The notes under the pieces were generated by a model. It did not search any database. It saw only the letters and a program-made list of their open reading frames with translations, and was not told the origin of the DNA. 32,550 nucleotides of DNA from assembly GCA_031411295.1 (NCBI GenBank), contig JANOAV010000209.1:1-32550 (forward strand). The letters are read 5' to 3'. The position numbers and the translations under genes were made by a program. This document shows positions 10,144 through 17,926 of this stretch, piece by piece (the first letter of the stretch is position 1; each line of letters opens with the position of its first letter). Source of the stretch: Verrucomicrobiales bacterium (GTDB taxonomy: Bacteria; Verrucomicrobiota; Verrucomicrobiia; Verrucomicrobiales; V1-33).

Positions 10144-10464
10144 AAAATCGGGAATACAGATGGGGTTAATGAACAAGCCGAGACACAGCAGAGCCAGAAA
10201 GACCCGCCACGACGGACGCCCTCATCAGGGAAAGAGCGCACGCTCAGCGTGAAGGCGCGCAAATTGCGGGCAAATTCCGGGGTGTAAAGGAGAAATGAAA
10301 AAATGACCATTCCCGCCGAGCCCATTTCATCCCATGGATGAAATTCCCTCACGGGCCAGAGTAGCAGATGTGCCCTCCCGCCTGAAGGGTGCCCCTCGCT
10401 CGGAGCAATGGACTGACCTGCTCGGGAATGCCTCTGCGCTACGGAGAAATCGCCCTTTTTCTGG

Positions 10465-10486
10465 GTAGGAAGCGGGCGCGCCCGCT
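10465..10486 (+). repeat. GTAG-tagged REP-like palindrome
   Basis: GTAG-GA-AGCGGGCG|CGCCCGCT, just downstream of the PEP-CTERM gene stop. Confidence 0.45.
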
Positions 10487-10492
10487 CTAGGC

Positions 10493-11215
10493 CTAAACAC
10501 GCCGTCGCCACGCCAAGCCTAAAATACCTAAGGTCAGCGCTCCGAAGGATGGCTCCGGGATGGAGTAGCCATACTGGAGGTGGTCCAGATAGATCGTGCT
10601 ATATAGTCTGATCTGGGAGATGCCGTTTTCATTGTATATTCCAAAAAACGTTCCCCAACGAGGATCATCAGGAACCCATGCGTTCACGCCCTCCCCATCC
10701 ACGGGGGTATCGAAGACCTCATTTGTCAGCACGGCATTTCCAAACGCGTCCGTTACTCCTATTATCTCAAATGCCCCGACGCGTTGGGATTCAGTTTGAG
10801 GGGTAAATTGAAATCCATCTGGAAAATTGAATGCATAAACCTCTGTCGGGAACGCCATGCCGAAATAGCGAGGGTAGTGGCCAGCCCCATCTGGAGAGAA
10901 CCTCAATACGAACGTCCCTGGTCCTGGTCCACTGGTCCTCATGGCGTGTCCACTGGAATTGCCGAACAACGGATCGATAATTTTGTCAATGGACACATCG
11001 CTCGTATAGCGGGCGGGGACAGGGAATGTCAAATTGGGGTAAGTTCGGTCAGATGTCTCGAAATCATTGAAATACATCAAACCATTCTGGATCCCCTCGT
11101 AAAAAGGACTCTGTGTCACGGAGACGTAATTATCCACGCGGAAAATTGTCGCTGCGTTTAAATTCGAAACAATCGTTGAAACGGCTAAAAATGTCCAAAT
11201 TGTGTAGGATTTCAT
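10493..11215 (-). CDS. PEP-CTERM sorting-domain protein
   Basis: Signal peptide and C-terminal IPEPS + hydrophobic helix + WRRRV; visibly lower GC than the flanking genes. Confidence 0.88.
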   Translation of the reverse strand: MKSYTIWTFLAVSTIVSNLNAATIFRVDNYVSVTQSPFYEGIQNGLMYFNDFETSDRTYPNLTFPVPARYTSDVSIDKIIDPLFGNSSGHAMRTSGPGPGTFVLRFSPDGAGHYPRYFGMAFPTEVYAFNFPDGFQFTPQTESQRVGAFEIIGVTDAFGNAVLTNEVFDTPVDGEGVNAWVPDDPRWGTFFGIYNENGISQIRLYSTIYLDHLQYGYSIPEPSFGALTLGILGLAWRRRV

Positions 11216-11578
11216 ATTGGAATTGTTTGATATCTTTTAAAAGGGGCCGAAGCCGAGGGTGATTAAATCCTGGACAAGGATTAATTCTGCGAGAGGTAGC
11301 CAGGCAGGGAGGTTCTCTGGTCCCATGGCACCGCCTACCGCGTTGTCCTCCCGGTCACTCCAGCCCGCCGCCAGTTACCCCGACGGTTCCCATCCGCGCC
11401 TAGACGCTCTGCATGGAAAAGATTCACGGCAGGAGAAATAACCCAATTGCAGCCTCTCGTCAAGCAGGGGCTGGACCTGAGAGCTGCGGGAGTCGGGCGG
11501 ATTTTTGCACGGGTCAGTCAACCAACCGAGAGTCGAACAAAACGGAAAAAAACGAAAAAACCTTCCGGGACCATGCTT

Positions 11579-11680
11579 GTGGCGGGGGCATTCTGCACCC
11601 TAGCCAGTAACCCGCAGCCTACCTCCGCCCCATCATACTCCCTCATGATGCTGGGCTTGGGGACAGAATGCCCCCGCCAC
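11579..11680. repeat. GTGG-tagged REP-like inverted doublet (REPIN-like)
   Basis: Perfect 17-bp inverted repeat GTGGCGGGGGCATTCTG (11579-11595) / CAGAATGCCCCCGCCAC (11664-11680); each arm has an internal GGGG..CCC(C) hairpin. Confidence 0.7.
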
Positions 11681-11830
11681 GACTACGGCATACTCCATCT
11701 GCGTGTAACCTGCTCGGAGAGGTGGCCCGGGGCTTGGAACCGCAGAGGGGACTGGGCGGACCACCTTGCGCTAGCTCAACGTTGGCGGTTCAGCCACGAG
11801 TAATCCGCCACGCTCGCGGAGCCTCATTTC

Positions 11831-12781
11831 CTACTGCTTCAGCAAACTCACGCCGACACCACCGCACACACTGAGGCAAAACCCAATGGCCTGCGTCAAA
11901 TGGAGTTCCTCCCCCAGCAGCAGCCAGGCGAGAAACAACGTGAAGACCGGCCCCACACTCCCAATCACCGCAAAGCGCTGCGCCCCGGCCCGACGCAAGC
12001 CCACGCCCATCAGCAGCGATGGCAGCACGGTGCCAAAAATGGCCAGCATCGCCCCCAAGCCCCACAATTCTCGCGAGCCTTGGAAAAGGTCGCTGATTGG
12101 ACGCTGGAGGGCATAGTGGATCAGGATAAAGACGCAGGAAAAGCCCACCACCACTGCCGTAAAGCGGGTGGAACCAACGGCGGACACTAACTGCCCACTC
12201 AGCAGAATAAACGCGGCATAGGTCAACGCGCTGAGAAAGACCAACCCCGCCCCCAAGGCCACCCCTCCGCCCGCCCCTTGGTTGAGATGCATTTCCCCCA
12301 GAAACGCCACGCCAATTCCCAACCAAGCCACCACCGCAGCGACGATGGCCGCCGGACGTGGCTTCTGTTTCAGGAAAATGGCCGCCGCCAGCATCACCAG
12401 CACCGGGTAACTATATAACACAATGCGCTCCAGGCCCACGGAGATGTATTGCAGCCCGAGAAAATTCACCAGACTACTGACATAGTAGCCCATGAATCCC
12501 AAGCCTGCCATTTGCAGCCATTGCTGGCGGGAAATGCTCGCGCCGGCCCGGGCGTTGCTCCAGAAGCCCAGGGCCACAAAGATCGGTAATGTCAGCAGCA
12601 TCCGCATGGCCAGCACGGTCATGGCATCCGCCCCGGCACGATACGCCAACTTGACCATCACGCCCTTGGAGCAGAACAAAATGGAGGAACCCGCCGCAAT
12701 GCCGAAGGTCAGCAGCGAGATTCGCCCTGCCGCAGAACGCGGAGGTTTTGGGGGAGGAATGGATGGAGGTGGCGATTTCAT
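11831..12781 (-). CDS. DMT superfamily / EamA family transporter
   Basis: About 10 TM segments in two EamA halves; motifs SKGVMVKLAY, GLQYISVGLERIVLYSYP and LLGE. Confidence 0.9.
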   Translation of the reverse strand: MKSPPPSIPPPKPPRSAAGRISLLTFGIAAGSSILFCSKGVMVKLAYRAGADAMTVLAMRMLLTLPIFVALGFWSNARAGASISRQQWLQMAGLGFMGYYVSSLVNFLGLQYISVGLERIVLYSYPVLVMLAAAIFLKQKPRPAAIVAAVVAWLGIGVAFLGEMHLNQGAGGGVALGAGLVFLSALTYAAFILLSGQLVSAVGSTRFTAVVVGFSCVFILIHYALQRPISDLFQGSRELWGLGAMLAIFGTVLPSLLMGVGLRRAGAQRFAVIGSVGPVFTLFLAWLLLGEELHLTQAIGFCLSVCGGVGVSLLKQ

Positions 12782-12795
12782 AAATGGATTTGAGC

Positions 12796-12833
12796 AAAAA
12801 AAGCCCGCCGCAGAAGTGATCCGGGGCGGGCTT
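12796..12833 (-). terminator. Intrinsic terminator (attenuator) in the 5' leader of the EamA gene
   Basis: AAGCCCGCC-[CCGGAUCACUUCUGC]-GGCGGGCUU-UUUUU, ending 14 nt before the EamA ATG, with no long upstream gene on that strand. Confidence 0.85.
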
Positions 12834-12852
12834 AGGAGTGGTGAAAGTTAAA

Positions 12853-12951
12853 TTAGGAAACGTCCGTTTCCCTCCACCCAGCAAGTCCAGCGCCCCGGAG
12901 GTAAATCCAGAGTGCGTGCCAGCGATTAAGTTTAATGGAGGTCAATATCAT
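12853..12951 (-). CDS. Putative 32-aa attenuator leader peptide (MILTSIKLNRWHALWIYLRGAGLAGWRETDVS)
   Basis: ATG at 12951 to TAA at 12853; three Trp codons; overlaps the alternative pairing segments upstream of the terminator. Confidence 0.6.
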   Translation of the reverse strand: MILTSIKLNRWHALWIYLRGAGLAGWRETDVS

Positions 12952-12958
12952 TTCGGTC

Positions 12959-12986
12959 ACCCTGCCGCAGGAGGGGTAAATGTCAA
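12959..12986 (-). promoter_or_regulatory. Putative sigma70 promoter of the leader/EamA transcript
   Basis: TTGACA, 16-nt spacer, then CAGGGT (weak -10); the leader ATG follows 7 nt later. Confidence 0.4.
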
Positions 12987-13049
12987 TCAAGTAGCTTTCC
13001 AGTGCCTTAACGAAACCCACCTTGATTTTTTGCTAAGTCGAGCAGGAAC

Positions 13050-13126
13050 AAGTTTAGACAGCAGAATGACAGACAGCAGAATCCAACAACAACCATTCTT
13101 TTGTCTGCCATTCTTTTGTCTAACTT
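13050..13126. repeat. Palindromic element whose arms are 15-nt tandem repeats
   Basis: Left arm AGACAGCAGAATGAC-AGACAGCAGAAT; right arm ATTCTTTTGTCT-GCC-ATTCTTTTGTCT, whose reverse complement is AGACAAAAGAATGGC-AGACAAAAGAAT. Confidence 0.75.
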
Positions 13127-13268
13127 CATTTTTTGCGCCAAGGTGCTCCGCGCTAAGATTGTGCGCAATTTCCGAGACTCACCATGCATGAGCCCTGGGC
13201 TCCGATTCAGAAATATTCCTCGCGAAATTTTCCCAACCCTGCTTATTTCGCGCCAACCAATTTACTCA

Positions 13269-14666
13269 ATGCGCCAACTCCTGCTCTCCCTTTTCCTCGC
13301 TCTGACCATTACCCTAGCGACTGACGCGCACGCCGCGCCACCCAACATCATTTTCATCTATGCCGATGATCTGGCCTATGCGGATCTGAGCTGCACCGGG
13401 GCCCAGGGTTACACTACTCCCAACATCGATCGCTTGGCGCGCCAAGGCGTGCGATGCACGGATTTTTACGTTTCCAGCGCAGTGTGCTCTGCCTCGCGCG
13501 CGGCCCTCCTAACGGGATGCTATCATGAACGCGTGGGCATGCGCGGAGCCTTGGGGCCGCAATCGAAGAAAGGTCTGGGGCTGGAGCATCCCATCATCCC
13601 GGAACTCTTGAAAGCGGCTGGCTATGCCACCGGCATGGCTGGCAAGTGGCATCTGGGCTCCGGTCCGCAATGGCTTCCGACAGCCCGCGGGTTCGATTCC
13701 TATCTGGGCATCCCCTACTCTGCAGACATGTGGCCGTTCCACCCGGAAACGCCCAAGGCCTATCCCCCACTGCCGCTTTATGATGGCACGGCCGAACTCA
13801 TTAGCGGAGCCACCGCCGAAGACCAGAAGACGTTTACCCTGCGCTATGCGGATCGTGCCGTCGAATTCATCAAAGCCCATCAGAAGCAGCCGTTCTTCTT
13901 CTATTTCGCCCCCAATCAGCCTCATGTCCCACTCTTCGTTTCCGCCGCCAACGCTGGGAAAACCAAGCGTGGGTTGTTTGGTGATGTGCTCCAGGAAATC
14001 GATCAAGCCGTCGGCCAGATTCTCCAAACGCTGGATGACACAGGGTTAGCCGCTAACACCATCGTCATGTTTTCCTCCGACAACGGCCCATGGCTTAGTT
14101 ATGGCAATCACGCCGGTTCCGCCGGGCCCCTGCGGGAAGGCAAAGGAACATCCTACGAAGGCGGAGTGCGCGTGCCTTTCCTAGCCCGGTGGCCGGGAAA
14201 ATTCCCCGCTGGCCATGTCTCCAAAGTCCCACTCATGACCATCGACATCCTCCCCACCCTGCTGGCCTACGCATCCGTGAAGCTGCCCGATCGTCCGTTC
14301 GATGGACGGGATATTTCCCCGATCTTGGAGAACAAGCCTGACTCCACCCCGCCGCATGACGCGCTCTTCTTCTACTATGGTCCAGGCGAACTCCAAGCCA
14401 TGCGCAGCGGGCCGTGGAAACTGATGTTCCCCCATACTTCACGCACCATGATCGGCTCCCAACCCGGAGCCGATGGCACCCCTGGCAAATACCGCGCGCT
14501 GCCGGTGGGCCTGGAACTCTACGACCTGACAAATGATATCGGAGAGACCAAGAATCTCGCCCAGGAGAAACCGGAGATCGTCAAGGAACTGCAAGCCAAA
14601 GCAGATGTCATGCGGAAGCAACTAGGCGACGGTCTCGCGAAAACTAAAGGTGGCGAAAAAGAGTAG
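13269..14666 (+). CDS. Arylsulfatase (formylglycine-dependent, S1 family)
   Basis: Signal peptide, PNIIFIYADDL, CSASRAALLTG, GKWHLG, SDNG and EGGVRVP; start at MRQLL. Confidence 0.95.
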   Translation: MRQLLLSLFLALTITLATDAHAAPPNIIFIYADDLAYADLSCTGAQGYTTPNIDRLARQGVRCTDFYVSSAVCSASRAALLTGCYHERVGMRGALGPQSKKGLGLEHPIIPELLKAAGYATGMAGKWHLGSGPQWLPTARGFDSYLGIPYSADMWPFHPETPKAYPPLPLYDGTAELISGATAEDQKTFTLRYADRAVEFIKAHQKQPFFFYFAPNQPHVPLFVSAANAGKTKRGLFGDVLQEIDQAVGQILQTLDDTGLAANTIVMFSSDNGPWLSYGNHAGSAGPLREGKGTSYEGGVRVPFLARWPGKFPAGHVSKVPLMTIDILPTLLAYASVKLPDRPFDGRDISPILENKPDSTPPHDALFFYYGPGELQAMRSGPWKLMFPHTSRTMIGSQPGADGTPGKYRALPVGLELYDLTNDIGETKNLAQEKPEIVKELQAKADVMRKQLGDGLAKTKGGEKE

Positions 14667-14678
14667 CTCCGCCGGAGT

Positions 14679-14745
14679 GTGGCGCAGTCGGCTCGACTGC
14701 GCATCCCTCAGCGCCAGCCACCGCAGTCCAGCGGACTGCTTCCAC
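14679..14745. repeat. GTGG-tagged REP doublet between the convergent sulfatase genes
   Basis: GTGGCGCAGTCG-GCT-CGACTGCG on the plus strand and an inverted GTGGAAGCAGTCC-GCT-GGACTGC; a third copy lies at 25467. Confidence 0.7.
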
Positions 14746-14758
14746 CCTCGCGCCCCGC

Positions 14759-16132
14759 TCACTCCGCTGCGGGGTTCTGACGTGGCAGTTGTGCATTCGT
14801 CGCCTTCAGCCAGCCATCCAGCTTGGATCGCAACTCCTTGGCGTGCTCCGGCTGCGCGGTTGCTACATCCGTGCTTTCCACCGGATCTTTCACCAGATGA
14901 TACAACTCATCCCGATTGTCCTCGTAGAAGTGAATCAATTTCCAATCGCCCAACCGCACCGCGCTATACGGTGTGGCCCCACCGGGATGGTAGTGCGGGT
15001 AGTGCCAGTAGATGGCCTGCTCTTCCGCTGCCAACTTGCTCTCACCTTTCAATAACGGAGTTAAATCCCGTCCATCCACCGCTGACGTTTCCGCCGGGAT
15101 CGCCAACTGATTCAGCGAGGCGAACAAATCCGGCGTGATTACCGGAACCGAGCACGTCGTCCCGGCCTTGGTCACACCGGGCACACGCACCAGCAAAGGA
15201 ATCCTAACGCCGCCTTCGTAAGCCGATCCCTTCCCCGCCCGCATCCCCAGATTCGTCGTGGTCTGCCCCAAGATTAAACCGCCATTGTCCGAGGTGAAAA
15301 TCACGATGGTGCGGTCCCAAAGTTTCAAATCCTCCAACTTCTTTCGCAATGCGCCCACCGCATCATCCACGCTCTCTACCAATGCGGCATACGCTGGTTT
15401 CCCTTGGGCTGGACCGGCCTTGCCTTGATACTTCTTCACCACTTCAGCCTTCCCCATCAACGGGGTGTGCACCGCGTGCAGGGGCAGATAAATAAAGAAT
15501 TTATCGGCTTTATGAGCCTCCATGAATTTCCCCGCCTCCACCGCTTCCCGATCCGTCAGGAATTCCCCTTTCGGTCCATCTGGCAGGGTGGCGATGCTGT
15601 AGGGTGAAAAATACGACGGCGGCTGCCCGGCATGCGTCCCACCGAGATTCACGTCGAACCCCTGCTTTTCAGGATAAAACTCCTCTTTGCCCAAATGCCA
15701 TTTGCCGATGCTGGCCGTAGCATAGCCCGCAGCTTTGAATTTCTCCGCCAGGGTCACTTCCGCCAAAGGCAACTCTTGTGCCCAATCTGCGGGCGGCAGC
15801 AGTTTGGCCTTGGGCTTTCCGTGGCCGGGGATCCAATCCGTTATATGCAGTCGGGCGGGATACTTTCCCGTCATTAAGGAGGCTCGCGTGGGAGAACAAA
15901 CCGTGCAGGCGGAATAGGCCTGGGTGAAACGCAACGATTCCTGCGCCAAGCGATCCAAGTTCGGGGTCTCGTAAAATTTACTCCCATAGCATCCCAGATC
16001 CGTCTCGCCCAGATCGTCGATCAACACCAAGAGAACATTCATCCCCTGGCCCTCGCCAGCGGCTGACAACGATCCAGTCAGCAAGGCTAACGACGCGAGG
16101 AATCCCCCAAGTAAGCAGTTATATTTCAACAT
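14759..16132 (-). CDS. Sulfatase (formylglycine-dependent, S1 family)
   Basis: NVLLVLIDDLG, CSPTRASLMTG, GKWHLG, SDNGG, YEGGVRIP and YWHYPHY. Start is ATG 16132 (gives a signal peptide) or TTG 16207. Confidence 0.94.
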   Translation of the reverse strand: MLKYNCLLGGFLASLALLTGSLSAAGEGQGMNVLLVLIDDLGETDLGCYGSKFYETPNLDRLAQESLRFTQAYSACTVCSPTRASLMTGKYPARLHITDWIPGHGKPKAKLLPPADWAQELPLAEVTLAEKFKAAGYATASIGKWHLGKEEFYPEKQGFDVNLGGTHAGQPPSYFSPYSIATLPDGPKGEFLTDREAVEAGKFMEAHKADKFFIYLPLHAVHTPLMGKAEVVKKYQGKAGPAQGKPAYAALVESVDDAVGALRKKLEDLKLWDRTIVIFTSDNGGLILGQTTTNLGMRAGKGSAYEGGVRIPLLVRVPGVTKAGTTCSVPVITPDLFASLNQLAIPAETSAVDGRDLTPLLKGESKLAAEEQAIYWHYPHYHPGGATPYSAVRLGDWKLIHFYEDNRDELYHLVKDPVESTDVATAQPEHAKELRSKLDGWLKATNAQLPRQNPAAE

Positions 16133-16203
16133 CCACCAGGATGCAGGACGCGCCCAGTCTCCGTCAAGCTCGCAGGAAACATTATTTCGCGGAAGCAAGG
16201 TCC

Positions 16204-16608
16204 TCAACGATACCGCAGCCTGGGAGCTTCGCCCGCCACGATGATGCGTTTGATGCCATCCCGCAGATTTTCCACATGGAAGTTGACCAGCAAGCCTACC
16301 TCATACCCCGTCAGCCGAAGATAGTTGCGCAAGCGAAGCTTGTGATCCTCCGTCAGCGGGGAGTCATAAATGGCCAGCACCACCTGATCCTCAATCAGGA
16401 AATCCAAACGACAGACGGCTTCCACCCACCTTTCCTTGTAGCACACATCCACCTTGTGATCCCGCTTGAACATAATTTCCCGCTGACGCAATTCATGGGC
16501 CACACAATCCTTATAAGCTTCCAGCCTCAATCCCACACCCAAGTGTCGATGCACTTCCATGCAAGCGCCGACGATGATGTGCGGTAGTTCTTGATGATCG
16601 AGTTTCAT
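16204..16608 (-). CDS. GxxExxY family (PD-(D/E)XK fold) protein with degenerate motifs
   Basis: IIVGACMEVHRHLG.GL, RLDFLIEDQVV and NYLRLTGYEVGLLVNF...GIKRII match the family scaffold; the signature residues are altered. Confidence 0.82.
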   Translation of the reverse strand: MKLDHQELPHIIVGACMEVHRHLGVGLRLEAYKDCVAHELRQREIMFKRDHKVDVCYKERWVEAVCRLDFLIEDQVVLAIYDSPLTEDHKLRLRNYLRLTGYEVGLLVNFHVENLRDGIKRIIVAGEAPRLRYR

Positions 16609-16911
16609 AAATTTGAAAATTGGGGTTCTCCCATATGACAACCAAACTAGCGGTCTCGTTCAAGCAAATTTTCCGTCGAGGAAAAGGTGGAAAAGGTGGG
16701 GGTGACGTGCTGCGATGCCTTTTCCAAGGTGCGGGGCTTTGCAAGCCCCACCATCATGATAGGTTAACAAATCACGCGAAGCAATACCCATGCTTGTGTG
16801 CGGGGTTTCCCAAGCCCCGTTCCTTGGGTATGCAAGAATCCGCCAAACTTATCATTCGCGCCAAAGGAAAAGCTTGCCCACTGCGCTGGGCGCGATAGCA
16901 TCGGGCGACAT

Positions 16912-17925
16912 ATGAGTAAAATGATGCGCGCCATGAAAATCACGAGCTTCGGGGGCCCTGAGGTCTTCGAAGAGGTCCAATTGCCAGTTCCTGCCGTCAA
17001 GGAGGGACATGTCTTGATTAAGGTCATGGCCTCCAGCGTCAATCCGGTGGATACGAAGATTCGTTCCGGCATGTTGGAAGCCATCGCCCCCGAATCTGGC
17101 GTGCTGGGATTCGATGTGGCAGGAATTGTCCAGGAAGTGGGGCTGGGGGTAACTGATTTTAACGAGGGCGACCATGTCTATGGATCACCTGTGGGCTGCA
17201 AAGGGACCAGCGGAGCCTTGGCGGAATATGTGCTGGCAGACGCCGATTGTTTGGCGCTGATGCCGGAGGAAATGTCGTTTAGTGACGCCGCGGCCCTTCC
17301 GCTGGTTAGCATCACTGCTTGGGAAGGGCTCTACGATCGGGCGGATGTGACGCGAGGACAGAATGTGTTGATCCATGCTGGAGCCGGGGGCGTGGGCCAT
17401 ATCGCGGTGCAGTTGGCCGTGATCGCTGGAGCCAATGTCTTTGCCACCGTCTCCACCGAAGCCAAGGCCAAGCTGGTCAAAGCCATGGGCGCAACGCCCA
17501 TTTTCTATCAAAAGCAGAGTGTGGCGGAATACGTTAAGAAATTTACGGCGGATCAGGGCTTCGATCTGGTGGTCGATACCGTTGGGGGCGAGAACGTGGC
17601 CAAGTGCCTCGAGGCAGTGGCAGTCTCGGGTCAGGTGGTCAGCATTTCCACCCGCACCACGGCGGATCTCAGTCCACTGCATGCCAAGGGCGTCTCTCTG
17701 CATGTGGTCTTCATGATCATTCCACTGCTTTACCACAAAGGTCGCGCCCGACACGGGGAGATCCTGACGGAAATTACTGCGCTGGTGGAGGCCGGTAAAA
17801 TCAAGCCGTTGCTGCATCCGGAGCAATTCTCCTTCGGCCAGGTCGGTGCCGCCCACGAGTTGCAAGCGAGCGGCCAAGCGGTGGGTAAGATTGTCCTCAA
17901 CGTCTGGCCCACAACGGCTTCCTAG
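16912..17925 (+). CDS. MDR superfamily NADPH:quinone oxidoreductase-like (zinc-binding ADH family) protein
   Basis: SSVNPVDTKIRSG, LGFDVAG, AAALPLVSITAWEGL, VLIHAGAGGVG and GKIVL motifs. Confidence 0.9.
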   Translation: MSKMMRAMKITSFGGPEVFEEVQLPVPAVKEGHVLIKVMASSVNPVDTKIRSGMLEAIAPESGVLGFDVAGIVQEVGLGVTDFNEGDHVYGSPVGCKGTSGALAEYVLADADCLALMPEEMSFSDAAALPLVSITAWEGLYDRADVTRGQNVLIHAGAGGVGHIAVQLAVIAGANVFATVSTEAKAKLVKAMGATPIFYQKQSVAEYVKKFTADQGFDLVVDTVGGENVAKCLEAVAVSGQVVSISTRTTADLSPLHAKGVSLHVVFMIIPLLYHKGRARHGEILTEITALVEAGKIKPLLHPEQFSFGQVGAAHELQASGQAVGKIVLNVWPTTAS

Positions 17926-17926
17926 C

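Noticed and set aside
8746..10287. 513-aa plus-strand ORF
   Set aside because: Antisense shadow of gnd, typical of GC-rich codon bias; no protein motifs.
11216..11830. Possible riboswitch, ncRNA or small ORFs in the long intergenic region
   Set aside because: No riboswitch consensus recognised and the short ORFs lack coding character; only the REP-like doublet is supported. An Rfam scan would be needed.
12840..12960. Metabolite riboswitch or T-box upstream of EamA
   Set aside because: No SAM, TPP, FMN, lysine or T-box consensus seen; a leader-peptide attenuator explains the pairings better.
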